A stretch of DNA of 64,000 nucleotides from positions 293,609-357,608 of the forward strand of contig CAYYWQ010000001.1 of assembly GCA_964474825.1 (NCBI GenBank). Direction: 5' to 3'. The position numbers and the translations under genes were made by a program. Source of the stretch: an uncultured Candidatus Saccharibacteria bacterium (GTDB taxonomy: Bacteria > Patescibacteriota > Doudnabacteria > UBA920). Shown piece by piece: positions 1 through 9,061 of this stretch (its first letter is position 1; every line of letters starts with the position of its first letter). Below the pieces are notes generated by a model. The model did not search any database. It saw nothing but the letters and a program-made list of their open reading frames with translations, and was not told the DNA's origin.

Positions 1-50
1 TTCATGCTATTCACAAATTCCTGGTCTACTTGCACTGTTTCAGTTGCCAT
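1..50 (-). CDS. 5' end of a gene running off the window edge (MATETVQVDQEFVNSM...)
   Basis: ATG at 48-50 on the minus strand, preceded by purine-rich GGAGGACAAGGAAGGAACA; frame is open to the window edge. Confidence 0.5.
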   Translation of the reverse strand, partial: MATETVQVDQEFVNSM

Positions 51-173
51 TGTTCCTTCCTTGTCCTCCTTGTGGTTTAATGATAATTCCTTAAAAAAGG
101 CGCAATCATCAAAACACAACTTTTGTGGTTTTACCCCGTCATTCGACGGGGTTGTTTTACCTTCGGTAAAACA

Positions 174-198
174 AAAACCGCCACCCTAAGGTGGCGGA
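174..198 (-). terminator. intrinsic terminator
   Basis: CCGCCACC-TTAG-GGTGGCGG hairpin followed by a T run on the minus strand, downstream of small ORF 213-332. Confidence 0.7.
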
Positions 199-212
199 AT
201 AGTTTAGTTAGG

Positions 213-332
213 TTACTCTTTAATCTTAACCAAAACTTCCTGCCTAGCCTTAGGGCTGACACTAAGAAGAAGGCCGAGCATAAGGCTTGCTAAGGCAATG
301 AAGCTTAAATTTAAGGCAAAAGAATTTGTCAT
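213..332 (-). CDS. small membrane protein, 39 aa (MTNSFALNLSFIALASLMLGLLLSVSPKARQEVLVKIKE)
   Basis: Translated by hand (below the ORF-track cutoff); one hydrophobic helix and a basic tail, followed by a terminator. Confidence 0.5.
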   Translation of the reverse strand: MTNSFALNLSFIALASLMLGLLLSVSPKARQEVLVKIKE

Positions 333-419
333 TTAATTTATGTTAAACAATTGCTAAAATTTTGTCAAATTGGCTTTTTTGTAGTAAACTATTTGAGTGC
401 TAATTATAAAATATTTAAC

Positions 420-1034
420 ATGATTTTATCCGACAGAGACATAAAAAAAGCCATAGCGTCTGGCCGCATAAAAATTACGCCAAAACCAAACTATAAAGAA
501 CAGCTGGGTTCCTGCTCCATAGATTTACATTTGGGCAGCCACTTCCGAGTTTTTAAACATTCCAGCTATCCGTACATTGACCTTAAAGGTTCTGTGGATA
601 CAGACAAATTAATGAAGGAAATTGTGGTCAAAAAAAACGAGCCTTTCATTATGCAGCCCGGAGATTTTGCTTTAGTAACCACAGTGGAAGTTTTGGAACT
701 TGAAGACGATATTTTAGGAAAAATTGAAGGCCGGTCTTCTTTGGGACGCTTGGGGATTATAGTCCACGGCACAGCCAGCATTTTTGACCCAGGCTGGATT
801 GGCAAGCCAACTATGGAGCTGGGGAATTTGGGAGTGATGCCTGTAGCGCTTTACCCAGGTATGCGCATTTGCGCTTTTACTTTTGAAGAAGTTTCCTCTC
901 CCGTGGAAGTTCCTTACCGCAAAAAAATCGGCAACAAATACGCCGGACAAAAAACAGCCTTAGCTTCCAAGCTGTCTCGCGAGGTGAGCAAAGGCGTGCA
1001 TATAAAAGGCGTGGGGGCAGGGGATTACCAATAG
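420..1034 (+). CDS. dcd: dCTP deaminase
   Basis: MILSDRDI start, SIDLHL, GRSSLGRLG, DPGW.G..TMEL, YAGQ motifs; start moved to ATG 420. Confidence 0.93.
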   Translation: MILSDRDIKKAIASGRIKITPKPNYKEQLGSCSIDLHLGSHFRVFKHSSYPYIDLKGSVDTDKLMKEIVVKKNEPFIMQPGDFALVTTVEVLELEDDILGKIEGRSSLGRLGIIVHGTASIFDPGWIGKPTMELGNLGVMPVALYPGMRICAFTFEEVSSPVEVPYRKKIGNKYAGQKTALASKLSREVSKGVHIKGVGAGDYQ

Positions 1035-1071
1035 CTTTTAGTTGTTAGCTGTTAGGTTTTAGGAAAGTCAG

Positions 1072-1557
1072 TTATACCTCCAGTTCCAAAAAAGTATATT
1101 TTAGTCCATTGAAATCTCCTTCCTTTTGGAAGGTGATTTTTTTGAATTCATCGTAAGCAGGGAAAAAGGCGTCGGCTTCTACTTCCTGGTCTACCACAGT
1201 TAAATACAATTTGTCTGCCAAAGGCAAAGCCTGTTCGTATATTTGAGCGCCGCCGTTAATAAATATTTCAGATTTTTCTATTTCCTTGGCTTTAGCTAGC
1301 GCTTCGTCTAAGCTGTGGCAAATAATGCATCCGTCCGCTTTAAAATTTGCGTCGCGCGTAATAATTATATTGGTCCGGTTTGGCAGGGGGCGGCCAATGC
1401 TCTCAAAAGTTTTCCGGCCCATTATTAAAGTATGTCCGGTTGTAACCGCAACATAACGCTTAAAATCTTCCGGGATTTTCCAAAGCAGTTTGTTGTCTTT
1501 ACCCAGAGCGCGGTTTTTGGAAATTGCAGCTATCATGGAAATTTTTGGTTTGTCCAT
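1072..1557 (-). CDS. folA: dihydrofolate reductase
   Basis: LGKDNKLLWKIPED, IMGRKTFESIGRPLPNR, GGAQIY, ADAFFP. Confidence 0.96.
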   Translation of the reverse strand: MDKPKISMIAAISKNRALGKDNKLLWKIPEDFKRYVAVTTGHTLIMGRKTFESIGRPLPNRTNIIITRDANFKADGCIICHSLDEALAKAKEIEKSEIFINGGAQIYEQALPLADKLYLTVVDQEVEADAFFPAYDEFKKITFQKEGDFNGLKYTFLELEV

Positions 1558-1621
1558 AATTTTAAAGGCTGAACTTTAACGGCCGTTAAAATTCAGCCTA
1601 AGAAAAATAATAAATTGATGT

Positions 1622-1936
1622 TTACTTTATACTGGCCATTGCAACCAGGAAGGCTACGGTAAAGACTAAGAGCCAAATCATGGAGAACAAAAATAGTTTT
1701 ATGGCTTCTTGTTTGGCGCCGTTAAAATACCAAATTGCTGAGCGTCCTAACATAAGGGTGCCAATAACAGAGGCGGAAAGTACCATGAGGCAGAGCATGG
1801 TAATAATATTAAAAATGGTCGGGGCCGTGCCGAACAGCATGTTGGCATTGCGGAGCAGGAGGGAGACTAGAACTATGTACACCACGGTACCTGTTGCTTG
1901 CAGGAGTCCGTTTAAGGCCAATTTTGAATTGGGCAT
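1622..1936 (-). CDS. hypothetical membrane protein (3 TM)
   Basis: 104-aa hydrophobic ORF co-oriented between thyA and folA. Confidence 0.75.
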   Translation of the reverse strand: MPNSKLALNGLLQATGTVVYIVLVSLLLRNANMLFGTAPTIFNIITMLCLMVLSASVIGTLMLGRSAIWYFNGAKQEAIKLFLFSMIWLLVFTVAFLVAMASIK

Positions 1937-1969
1937 ATTTTGTTTGTTAATTTTTATTTAAATAATTAA

Positions 1970-2947
1970 TTAAGATTTTTTTTGAGCGTATTTTTTCCAG
2001 TCATCGTCCACAATGCCTCCGACCACGGCCATTTCTGCTTTTATGGGTGGGTAGGCTTCATAACCAATCAATTCTACTTTGTCGGGTTTGAAATCATCTA
2101 TGGTTTTTACATTGCCATCTAATTTTACCATAGGAAAGGGTTTTGGGGCTCGGGTTAACTGTTCCTTGGCCTGCTCGCGGTGGTTTTCGTAAATATGGAC
2201 GTCGCCAAAGGTGTGGACAAAGTCCCCGGGCTGGTTGCCTGTGATTTGGGCGAGGATGGTTGTTAGGAGTGCATAAGAAGCTATATTAAATGGCACGCCC
2301 AAAAAAATATCCGCAGACCTTTGATAAAGGTGCAAAGAAAGCTTGCCGTTTTTTACATTACACTGGAACATGTTGTGGCAAATAGGGAAGCGGCTGGCTT
2401 CTTCGGGCAAGGCCATTTCGTATAAATATTCCGGGTTCCAGGAATTAACAATTGTGTTATGGGCGTCCGGGTCACGCTTTAAAGTGTCCACAACCCACTG
2501 GAGTTGGTCCACTGTGCGGCCGTTTTTACCTGGCCAACGCCTCCAAAGTTGTCCGTAAATGTAGGGCAGGTCGCCATGCTGCTTGGCATAGTTACTATCT
2601 GTCGTAATTTTTGCAATAAATTCTTCTTTGGTAAGTTCCGGCATTAAACCCTTTTTTACTTTTTCCCGGTAAATTCGGTAAGGATAGTCGTCCCAAATAT
2701 GCACCCCATTGTCTACCAAGTATTTTATGTTGCTCTGGCCGGACATGAACCAATACAATTCCTGGATAATTCCTTTCCAGAAAACTTTTTTGGTTGTGAG
2801 CAGGGGAAAGCCCTTACTTAAATCAAACCGCATTTGCCGTCCAAATAAGCTGTAGGTAACGTCTCCCGTGCCTTTGTCTTCCTGCTTTACGCCGTTTTGC
2901 AAAATGTCGGCCATTATGTCCAAGTATTGTTGCTCAGGGTGTTGCAT
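1970..2947 (-). CDS. thyA: thymidylate synthase ThyA
   Basis: FPLLTTKK, catalytic PICH, YQRSADIFLGVPFNIASY, GDVHIYENH; start moved to MQHPEQQ. Confidence 0.96.
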   Translation of the reverse strand: MQHPEQQYLDIMADILQNGVKQEDKGTGDVTYSLFGRQMRFDLSKGFPLLTTKKVFWKGIIQELYWFMSGQSNIKYLVDNGVHIWDDYPYRIYREKVKKGLMPELTKEEFIAKITTDSNYAKQHGDLPYIYGQLWRRWPGKNGRTVDQLQWVVDTLKRDPDAHNTIVNSWNPEYLYEMALPEEASRFPICHNMFQCNVKNGKLSLHLYQRSADIFLGVPFNIASYALLTTILAQITGNQPGDFVHTFGDVHIYENHREQAKEQLTRAPKPFPMVKLDGNVKTIDDFKPDKVELIGYEAYPPIKAEMAVVGGIVDDDWKKYAQKKS

Positions 2948-2951
2948 AAAA

Positions 2952-3635
2952 TTATTCAATATTAAAAATATTATCCGTTCCGTAATATTGTTCCCAATTT
3001 TTGTTGTAAAAATCAAACATCCGGGCTAAGCGGTCTTGGGGTAATTCATTCACCCCTAGTTCTTTCATCATTTCCCGCAATTGAGTTTTAGTTTCATCGG
3101 CCTTGTCTTTATCGGTTACAACCATTTCAAATTCGGAAAGATACCCATAACCGGCATTTTTGTCTATGCTAACGTTCGCGCCCTTATATTTAAAATCCTG
3201 GCGCTCCCGGGACCACTTAGCCTGGTAGGTAAAACCGGAGTTTAAAACCAAAGCGTCTAACTCTTCAATAGTTTTGTCTACTTTAGCTTCCCATTCAAGC
3301 CGTGCTGTGCCGTTGGAACTTGTTGTGTCGTCTACCGAAGCCTTTACAACTAAAATAACCTTACCATCTGCCCACCTGGTTCTTACAGAGTAATCTTTGG
3401 CTTTGTCGGCTAAATCTTTAAGTTTAGCTAACTGATCATCAGCCACAAAACCTTTAACGTTCTCGTAAAGCTTGTTTAGGTTTCCACCTATGAAATAATG
3501 GTTAAGCTGTTTGTGCGACCCTACTGTTACAAGATTGGCATCCGCTGCTTTCATTTTTCCAATTAGCTCTTCAGCCTTTTCTTTACCGCCCAGTAAGCTT
3601 TTTATTTCGATTTCAAAATTGTCTTTGGGTTCCAT
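2952..3635 (-). CDS. CYTH / triphosphate tunnel metalloenzyme family protein
   Basis: N-terminal ExExK (EIEIK), Q.N.YF, VRTR, R.E.E, KWSRER, ID...GYGYLSEFE. Confidence 0.75.
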   Translation of the reverse strand: MEPKDNFEIEIKSLLGGKEKAEELIGKMKAADANLVTVGSHKQLNHYFIGGNLNKLYENVKGFVADDQLAKLKDLADKAKDYSVRTRWADGKVILVVKASVDDTTSSNGTARLEWEAKVDKTIEELDALVLNSGFTYQAKWSRERQDFKYKGANVSIDKNAGYGYLSEFEMVVTDKDKADETKTQLREMMKELGVNELPQDRLARMFDFYNKNWEQYYGTDNIFNIE

Positions 3636-3742
3636 CTAATTTTATTCTATAATTAAGTTTGTCTAAAATCCACAAAAGCCCTAAATCTCTATGTGTCTAA
3701 ATTATAGCAAAAATAAGTCCAAAATGCTATAATTTTGAGGCT

Positions 3743-4300
3743 ATGAATAAGCCAAAAATCATTATTGGTTTGGTGGGGGAAAAGCTGGCGGGTAAAGACG
3801 AAGTTGCCAAGTACCTAATAGGCAAGCACCAAGCTTTTCATATTAAATTCAGCAGTCTTTTGGACGAGATTTTAGATATTCTAGACATGCCAAAAACAAG
3901 GCGGAATGAAATAGATTTAGGTTTAGGTTTAAGAGAAGTGTTTGGTCCGGAAATTCTTTACCGTTCCTTAAAGAAAAGGGTTGTGGCCTCGGAAAATCCT
4001 ATGGCCGTAATAAACGGTATTAGGATGGATGAGTTTGAGAAAATCGTAGCAGATTTAGGTGCCAAAACAATTTACGTAACCGCGCCTTTGGAGCTTCGTT
4101 TCCAAAGGTACCAGCAAAGGCATGAAAAAGTAGACGACGGCAAAATGAGCTTGGAAGATTTTGCCAAACAGGACAGGGAAGAGCTTACGGAAAAAGGAAT
4201 CCCGGAGCTTGGCAAGCGGGCGGAGTTTAAAATTGAGAATACAGGAAGTTTAGAAGAACTTTATAAAAAAATAGATGAGGTAATTTTGAGTTTCAAATAA
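3743..4300 (+). CDS. P-loop nucleoside monophosphate kinase / dephospho-CoA kinase-like
   Basis: IIGLVGEKLAGKD Walker A, GIR, YVTAPLELRFQR, IENTGSLEEL. Confidence 0.75.
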   Translation: MNKPKIIIGLVGEKLAGKDEVAKYLIGKHQAFHIKFSSLLDEILDILDMPKTRRNEIDLGLGLREVFGPEILYRSLKKRVVASENPMAVINGIRMDEFEKIVADLGAKTIYVTAPLELRFQRYQQRHEKVDDGKMSLEDFAKQDREELTEKGIPELGKRAEFKIENTGSLEELYKKIDEVILSFK

Positions 4301-4301
4301 C

Positions 4302-5021
4302 ATGTCCTTACTGAAATTTGGAAAAAAATCAGCGGTAAAAAATTATGGCAGGCTAATTGTTCTGGACGGCATAGACGGCAGTGGTAAGTCCACGCAGTTA
4401 AACCTTTTGCATAAAGAATTGGCCAGTGCCGGTTACGATGTAGAGATTATTCATTTCCCCCAGCACGGCGAGCGGAGCGCGGCAATGGTAGACGATTATT
4501 TAGCCGGGAAGTATGGACAAGTCGGGCCATATGCCGCGGCTGTGTTTTATGCTATGGACCGTTTTGACGCCGCGCCAAAAATTAAGCAATGGCTTACGCA
4601 AGGAAAAATTGTGATTTCTGACCGTTATGTTACGGCAAACGCAGGGCATCAGGGTGGGAAGATTTCAGACCATTACGATAGAATGAAATTTTTTAAATGG
4701 TTGGACAACTTAGAGTATTCTGTGTTTAGCATCCCCAAACCGGATTTGAATATTATTTTAAATGTCCCGGCGTCGGCCGCCATTCAGCTGCTTGGCATGC
4801 GTAAAGAAGACCAAAACCATACAGACGTAATGCACGAAGGCAGTAAAGAACATTTGATAAATAGCTACAAAGCTTATTTGGAAATAGCACGCCTGTTTCC
4901 GAATACTAAATTAGTAGAGTGTGTGATTAACAACGAACTTTTGACTCCGGACCAAATTCACAATAAAGTTTGGGAACTTGTAAGGAGAATAGGGCTTAAA
5001 GATTTTAAAATAAACGCCTAA
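4302..5021 (+). CDS. tmk: thymidylate kinase
   Basis: LIVLDGIDGSGKSTQ, FP, DR, ISDRY, PKPDL. Confidence 0.92.
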   Translation: MSLLKFGKKSAVKNYGRLIVLDGIDGSGKSTQLNLLHKELASAGYDVEIIHFPQHGERSAAMVDDYLAGKYGQVGPYAAAVFYAMDRFDAAPKIKQWLTQGKIVISDRYVTANAGHQGGKISDHYDRMKFFKWLDNLEYSVFSIPKPDLNIILNVPASAAIQLLGMRKEDQNHTDVMHEGSKEHLINSYKAYLEIARLFPNTKLVECVINNELLTPDQIHNKVWELVRRIGLKDFKINA

Positions 5022-5102
5022 TTTTTTATTTTAACCCTCTGGACTTCCAGAGGGTTTTTTGGTATAATCCTGCCAGCTCTGGCTGTCGTCTTTAACCAGA
5101 AG

Positions 5103-5576
5103 ATGATTAGCCAAAATAAACGGCACACAGTGCTCTGTGCGCTAACCAGCAACGAAGCCGTACAGCTTGAAGCCGCAGTTAAAAAGGCAGGTCTAACCAG
5201 GCAGCATTTCATAGATCTTTGTATGGAATGCTTGGTAGATTTTGTCGAGGAACGAGGGTTTTCGTTTCCTTCCACCACTTATCTGAAGTTGAGATGTGGT
5301 GTAAGGATTACCGGCACAGTTTCCGATGAAGTTTACCTGCTTTTGAAGAAGCAAGCCGACACGACGAAATTTCCGATCGTATACTTGGCAAGGTTGTATC
5401 TGCTTACGGGCATAGAGGTGTGCGGTAAATACCAAGGTCCTCCAGGGCCAATTGGAAGAGAGGACTTTAAAGGCCTTCTTCGCAGCGTACCGGAAGAACT
5501 AAAAGTACCGAGCCGATGGGATGACTTTCGGCAAGGTCTGAGGCTAATCTGGCGCGCTCTTAGGAGGACACGCTGA
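5103..5576 (+). CDS. hypothetical protein, possible tandem ribbon-helix-helix DNA-binding protein
   Basis: Own promoter (TGGACT-17-TATAAT, about 5040-5068); two beta-alpha-alpha-like segments. Confidence 0.55.
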   Translation: MISQNKRHTVLCALTSNEAVQLEAAVKKAGLTRQHFIDLCMECLVDFVEERGFSFPSTTYLKLRCGVRITGTVSDEVYLLLKKQADTTKFPIVYLARLYLLTGIEVCGKYQGPPGPIGREDFKGLLRSVPEELKVPSRWDDFRQGLRLIWRALRRTR

Positions 5577-5659
5577 TTCAAGGGAGAATCAGAAGATTCG
5601 ATGGGGCCGCGCGCAACCGTCATACTTACGCGGCCCTTTTTCTATGTTATAATTTGTTT

Positions 5660-6745
5660 ATGAATGAACTCGTTAAGCGACTGGAAACTCTTAAATCCGA
5701 AATTGTAAATCTTAAATCTCATTTAAATCTGCCGCAGAAAGAGCAGAGGATTTTAGAGTTGGAAGACCAAATGCAGGCTAGTGATTTTTGGGCTGACAAT
5801 GAGCACGCGCAAAAAGTTAGCCGGGAATACAACCAGCTAAAAAAGTTTTATGATTTTTGGGTGTCTCTTGAAAAAGACACTCAGGAGACAGCAGATTTGC
5901 TGGCGGCAAGTAGCAGCGAACAGCAAGAAGAGTTGAAGAAAATGGTGGACGATTTGGAAGAAAAATATAAGAAGAACCGTTTTGTCGCGTTGCTTTCTAA
6001 AAAATACGACGACCATAATGCAATTTTTTCGCTGCATTCAGGCGCCGGGGGAGTGGACGCCCAGGATTGGGCCGACATTTTACTCAGAATGTTTTTGCGC
6101 TACTGCGAACGCAAAGGTTTTAGTACCGAAGTAATAGAAATGTCCCGCGGCGAACAAGGCGGAATTAAAACCGCTGTCGTGGAAGTTTTTGGGTCTTACG
6201 CTTATGGACTTTTAAAGAGTGAAGCCGGTGTCCACCGTTTAGTGCGCCTTTCTCCCTTTAATCCGGCGCATACCCGCGAAACATCTTTCGCTTTGTTAGA
6301 ACTCTTGCCACTTTTGGAAGAACAGGAAGAATTTAAAGTAGACGAAAAAGATTTGAAGATAGAGGCTAATACTGCCAGCGGTCATGGCGGGCAAAGCGTG
6401 AACACAACTTACTCAGCTATTCGTATAACGCATATACCAAGTGGCATTAAAGTTTCTATTCAAAACGAACGCAGTCAGCACCAAAACCGCGAAATTGCCA
6501 TGAAAATTTTAATGGCCAGGCTTAAAACTTTGGAAGAACAAAAATTACAGAAAGAAAAACAGGAAATCCGCGGCGAGTTTAAAAGCGCTGAGTGGGGGAA
6601 TCAAATTAGGTCTTATGTAATCCACCCGTATAAACTTGTAAAAGACCACCGCACCAATTTTGAAAGCACGGACCCGGACTCTGTTTTAAACGGGGAACTG
6701 GACGAGTTTGTGGAAAAATATTTGGAACAGCTGGTAAGCTCGTAA
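5660..6745 (+). CDS. prfB: peptide chain release factor 2 (continuous ORF, no programmed frameshift)
   Basis: GAGGVDAQDW, EAGVHRLVRLSPF (SPF motif), GGQ, WGNQIRSY. Confidence 0.95.
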   Translation: MNELVKRLETLKSEIVNLKSHLNLPQKEQRILELEDQMQASDFWADNEHAQKVSREYNQLKKFYDFWVSLEKDTQETADLLAASSSEQQEELKKMVDDLEEKYKKNRFVALLSKKYDDHNAIFSLHSGAGGVDAQDWADILLRMFLRYCERKGFSTEVIEMSRGEQGGIKTAVVEVFGSYAYGLLKSEAGVHRLVRLSPFNPAHTRETSFALLELLPLLEEQEEFKVDEKDLKIEANTASGHGGQSVNTTYSAIRITHIPSGIKVSIQNERSQHQNREIAMKILMARLKTLEEQKLQKEKQEIRGEFKSAEWGNQIRSYVIHPYKLVKDHRTNFESTDPDSVLNGELDEFVEKYLEQLVSS

Positions 6746-6876
6746 GCTTATAAGCATCTAAGCAAAAAAAGTTTTAACTTTATTAATTGTTTGCTATAAT
6801 AATTTTAGAAAGAGTGCATCAGAAACAAATAATTTGGCTGATTAGCTGGCTGGCTGATTAGCTGATCCGCTTATCA

Positions 6877-7560
6877 ATGATCAAGTTTGAAAATGTCGGA
6901 AAACAATATAGCGCAGTTCATGCCTTAGAAGGCATTAACCTACAAGTCCATCATGGGGAATTTATTTCTTTGGTGGGTCTTTCCGGCGCCGGAAAATCTA
7001 CTTTAATGAAGCTGATTACGGGAGAAGAGCGCATAGATAGCGGTAAAATTTTAATAGACGATATAGACATTTCTTATGTGTCAAAAGGGGATCTGCCTTA
7101 TTTAAGAAGAAAGATTGGCACGGTTTTCCAGGATATAAAATTATTGCCGCGAAGAACAGCTTTTGAAAATGTGGCATTTGCCATGGAAGTTTGCGGGCAT
7201 AAAAAAGAAAAAATTAACGAAGATGTGCCTAAAATTTTAGACTTAGTCGGACTTTTGCATAAAAGTGACCATTTTCCATACCAAATGTCCGGGGGGGAAA
7301 AACAACGCGTGGCAATTGCCAGGGCTTTGGCGCACAGGCCGGTATTACTTTTGGCAGACGAACCTACCGGGAATTTAGACGAGGTAAATGCCGGGGAAGT
7401 CCTAGACTTGCTCCTTAGAATAAATTCTTTAGGAACCACAGTAATTTTAGCTACTCATGCGGCTGACTTAGTTAACAAAATACAAAAACGTGTTATTACT
7501 ATAGAAGCAGGAAAAATAATTAAAGAACAAAAAACAGGGAAGTACGAACTTAATGCTTGA
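6877..7560 (+). CDS. ftsE: cell division ATP-binding protein FtsE
   Basis: GLSGAGKST, VFQDIKLL, SGGEKQR, ADEPTGNLD; overlaps ftsX. Confidence 0.92.
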   Translation: MIKFENVGKQYSAVHALEGINLQVHHGEFISLVGLSGAGKSTLMKLITGEERIDSGKILIDDIDISYVSKGDLPYLRRKIGTVFQDIKLLPRRTAFENVAFAMEVCGHKKEKINEDVPKILDLVGLLHKSDHFPYQMSGGEKQRVAIARALAHRPVLLLADEPTGNLDEVNAGEVLDLLLRINSLGTTVILATHAADLVNKIQKRVITIEAGKIIKEQKTGKYELNA

Positions 7561-8470
7561 TTCAATATCTTTTTTTAGGGTCATAAAAACAGGTTTTGTT
7601 AATTTTTGGCGCAATTCCTGGTTGTCCGCTGCAGCGACTTTGGTAATGACGATTACTTTGGTAATTTTTGCCGTTTTGTTTTTGCTATTTGGGCTCACCA
7701 GCTACTCTATTAAAACAATTCAGAATACCGTAGATGTAAGTGTTTATTTTAAAGTTGGGCTCGACGAGACGCAAATAATGAAAATAAAAGGGGATTTAGA
7801 AAAAGACACCCGTATCAAAGAAATAGTTTACACCTCACAAAAAGATGCCTTTGATCAGTTTAAAGCTCGCCATCAAAACGACCCTTTAATTCAGGAATCC
7901 TTAAATGAGCTTACAGAAAACCCACTTCCCGCAACTTTTAATATTAAGACTCATGACTTAAACGACTACCCTGCGGTAAACCAGGAGCTTAAAGACCCTA
8001 ATTATAAAGAATTTATTAGCAAGGTTAACTTTGAGGACAACCGTTTAGTTATAGACCGTTTAACTAAAATTTTGCATTTCATTACAACTTTTGGGTTTGG
8101 TTTGGCTGCTGTGTTTTCTATAATTGCGATTCTGGTAATTTTTAACACGATTACCTTAACTATTTACAATCGCAAGGAAGAAGTGGAAATTATGCGTTTA
8201 GTAGGCGCCACCGATTGGTACATTCGCGGTCCGTTTTTAACCGAAAGTTTGTTGTATGCTTTGGCCGCAACTTTTTTAACCAGTGTTTTGTTTTTTCCAA
8301 TTTTTTTACAAATTCTGCCAAAAATAGCGGCTTATGTTAACCCTCAGTTAACTTTGTTTAATACCAACCTATTTAATTTTTGGTATTTGGTTCTGTTAAT
8401 GTTGGTAATCTCTATTCTTTTGGCTGTAATTTCGACCATGCTCGCTATTAGAAAATACCTAAAAACCTAG
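7553..8470 (+). CDS. ftsX: cell division permease FtsX
   Basis: NFWRNSWLS, NPLPA, EIMRLVGATDWYIRGPF, 4 TM. Confidence 0.92.
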   Translation: MLDSISFFRVIKTGFVNFWRNSWLSAAATLVMTITLVIFAVLFLLFGLTSYSIKTIQNTVDVSVYFKVGLDETQIMKIKGDLEKDTRIKEIVYTSQKDAFDQFKARHQNDPLIQESLNELTENPLPATFNIKTHDLNDYPAVNQELKDPNYKEFISKVNFEDNRLVIDRLTKILHFITTFGFGLAAVFSIIAILVIFNTITLTIYNRKEEVEIMRLVGATDWYIRGPFLTESLLYALAATFLTSVLFFPIFLQILPKIAAYVNPQLTLFNTNLFNFWYLVLLMLVISILLAVISTMLAIRKYLKT

Positions 8471-8613
8471 CTTAATTAAGGGAAATTTTGTTTATCCCCA
8501 AATTTAAAATTCAAATACTTGCACAATCTAAAAAAACTAGTATACTAAGAAAGAGCCCAAATAGCGACTCTCGCGAAGTGGGGCTTTTTTATTTGTATAT
8601 TTGAGGACATTCT

Positions 8614-9060
8614 ATGAAAGTTATTTTTATAAAAGACGTAGCGGGACAGGGGAAAAAGGGCCAGGTTAAAGAGGTGTCTTCCGGTTTTGCGGAAAACTTT
8701 TTAATTAAAAAAGGATTGGCTCAGGTCGCTACCGCTGACATTCAGGCAAAATTGGCCAAGGAAGAAAAGGAAGCCAATGCGAAACATCAGAAAGACTTGG
8801 CAAGAATGCAATCGCTTAAGTCTGAAATTGAGAAAAGAAGCTTTACGGTAAAAGTTAAAGTGGGCGACAAAGGCCAGGTATTTGGCGGAGTGCATGAAAA
8901 GGATATTGCCGCTACAGTATCAGCCAAAACCAATAACCCCCTGGAAAAACATAACGTAGAAATTCAGAGCCCTATAAAGCAAATAGGGGAACATATGGTT
9001 AAGATAAAATTAGGGCAAGGGATAGTTGCCAGTGCCAAAATTAACGTGGAGGCAGCATAA
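8614..9060 (+). CDS. rplI: 50S ribosomal protein L9
   Basis: [12 protein letters not shown]....[22 protein letters not shown]. Confidence 0.95.
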   Translation: MKVIFIKDVAGQGKKGQVKEVSSGFAENFLIKKGLAQVATADIQAKLAKEEKEANAKHQKDLARMQSLKSEIEKRSFTVKVKVGDKGQVFGGVHEKDIAATVSAKTNNPLEKHNVEIQSPIKQIGEHMVKIKLGQGIVASAKINVEAA

Positions 9061-9061
9061 T

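Noticed and set aside
5660-5760. prfB programmed +1 frameshift
   Set aside because: The ORF is continuous and has no CTT-TGA site; absence is common in many lineages.
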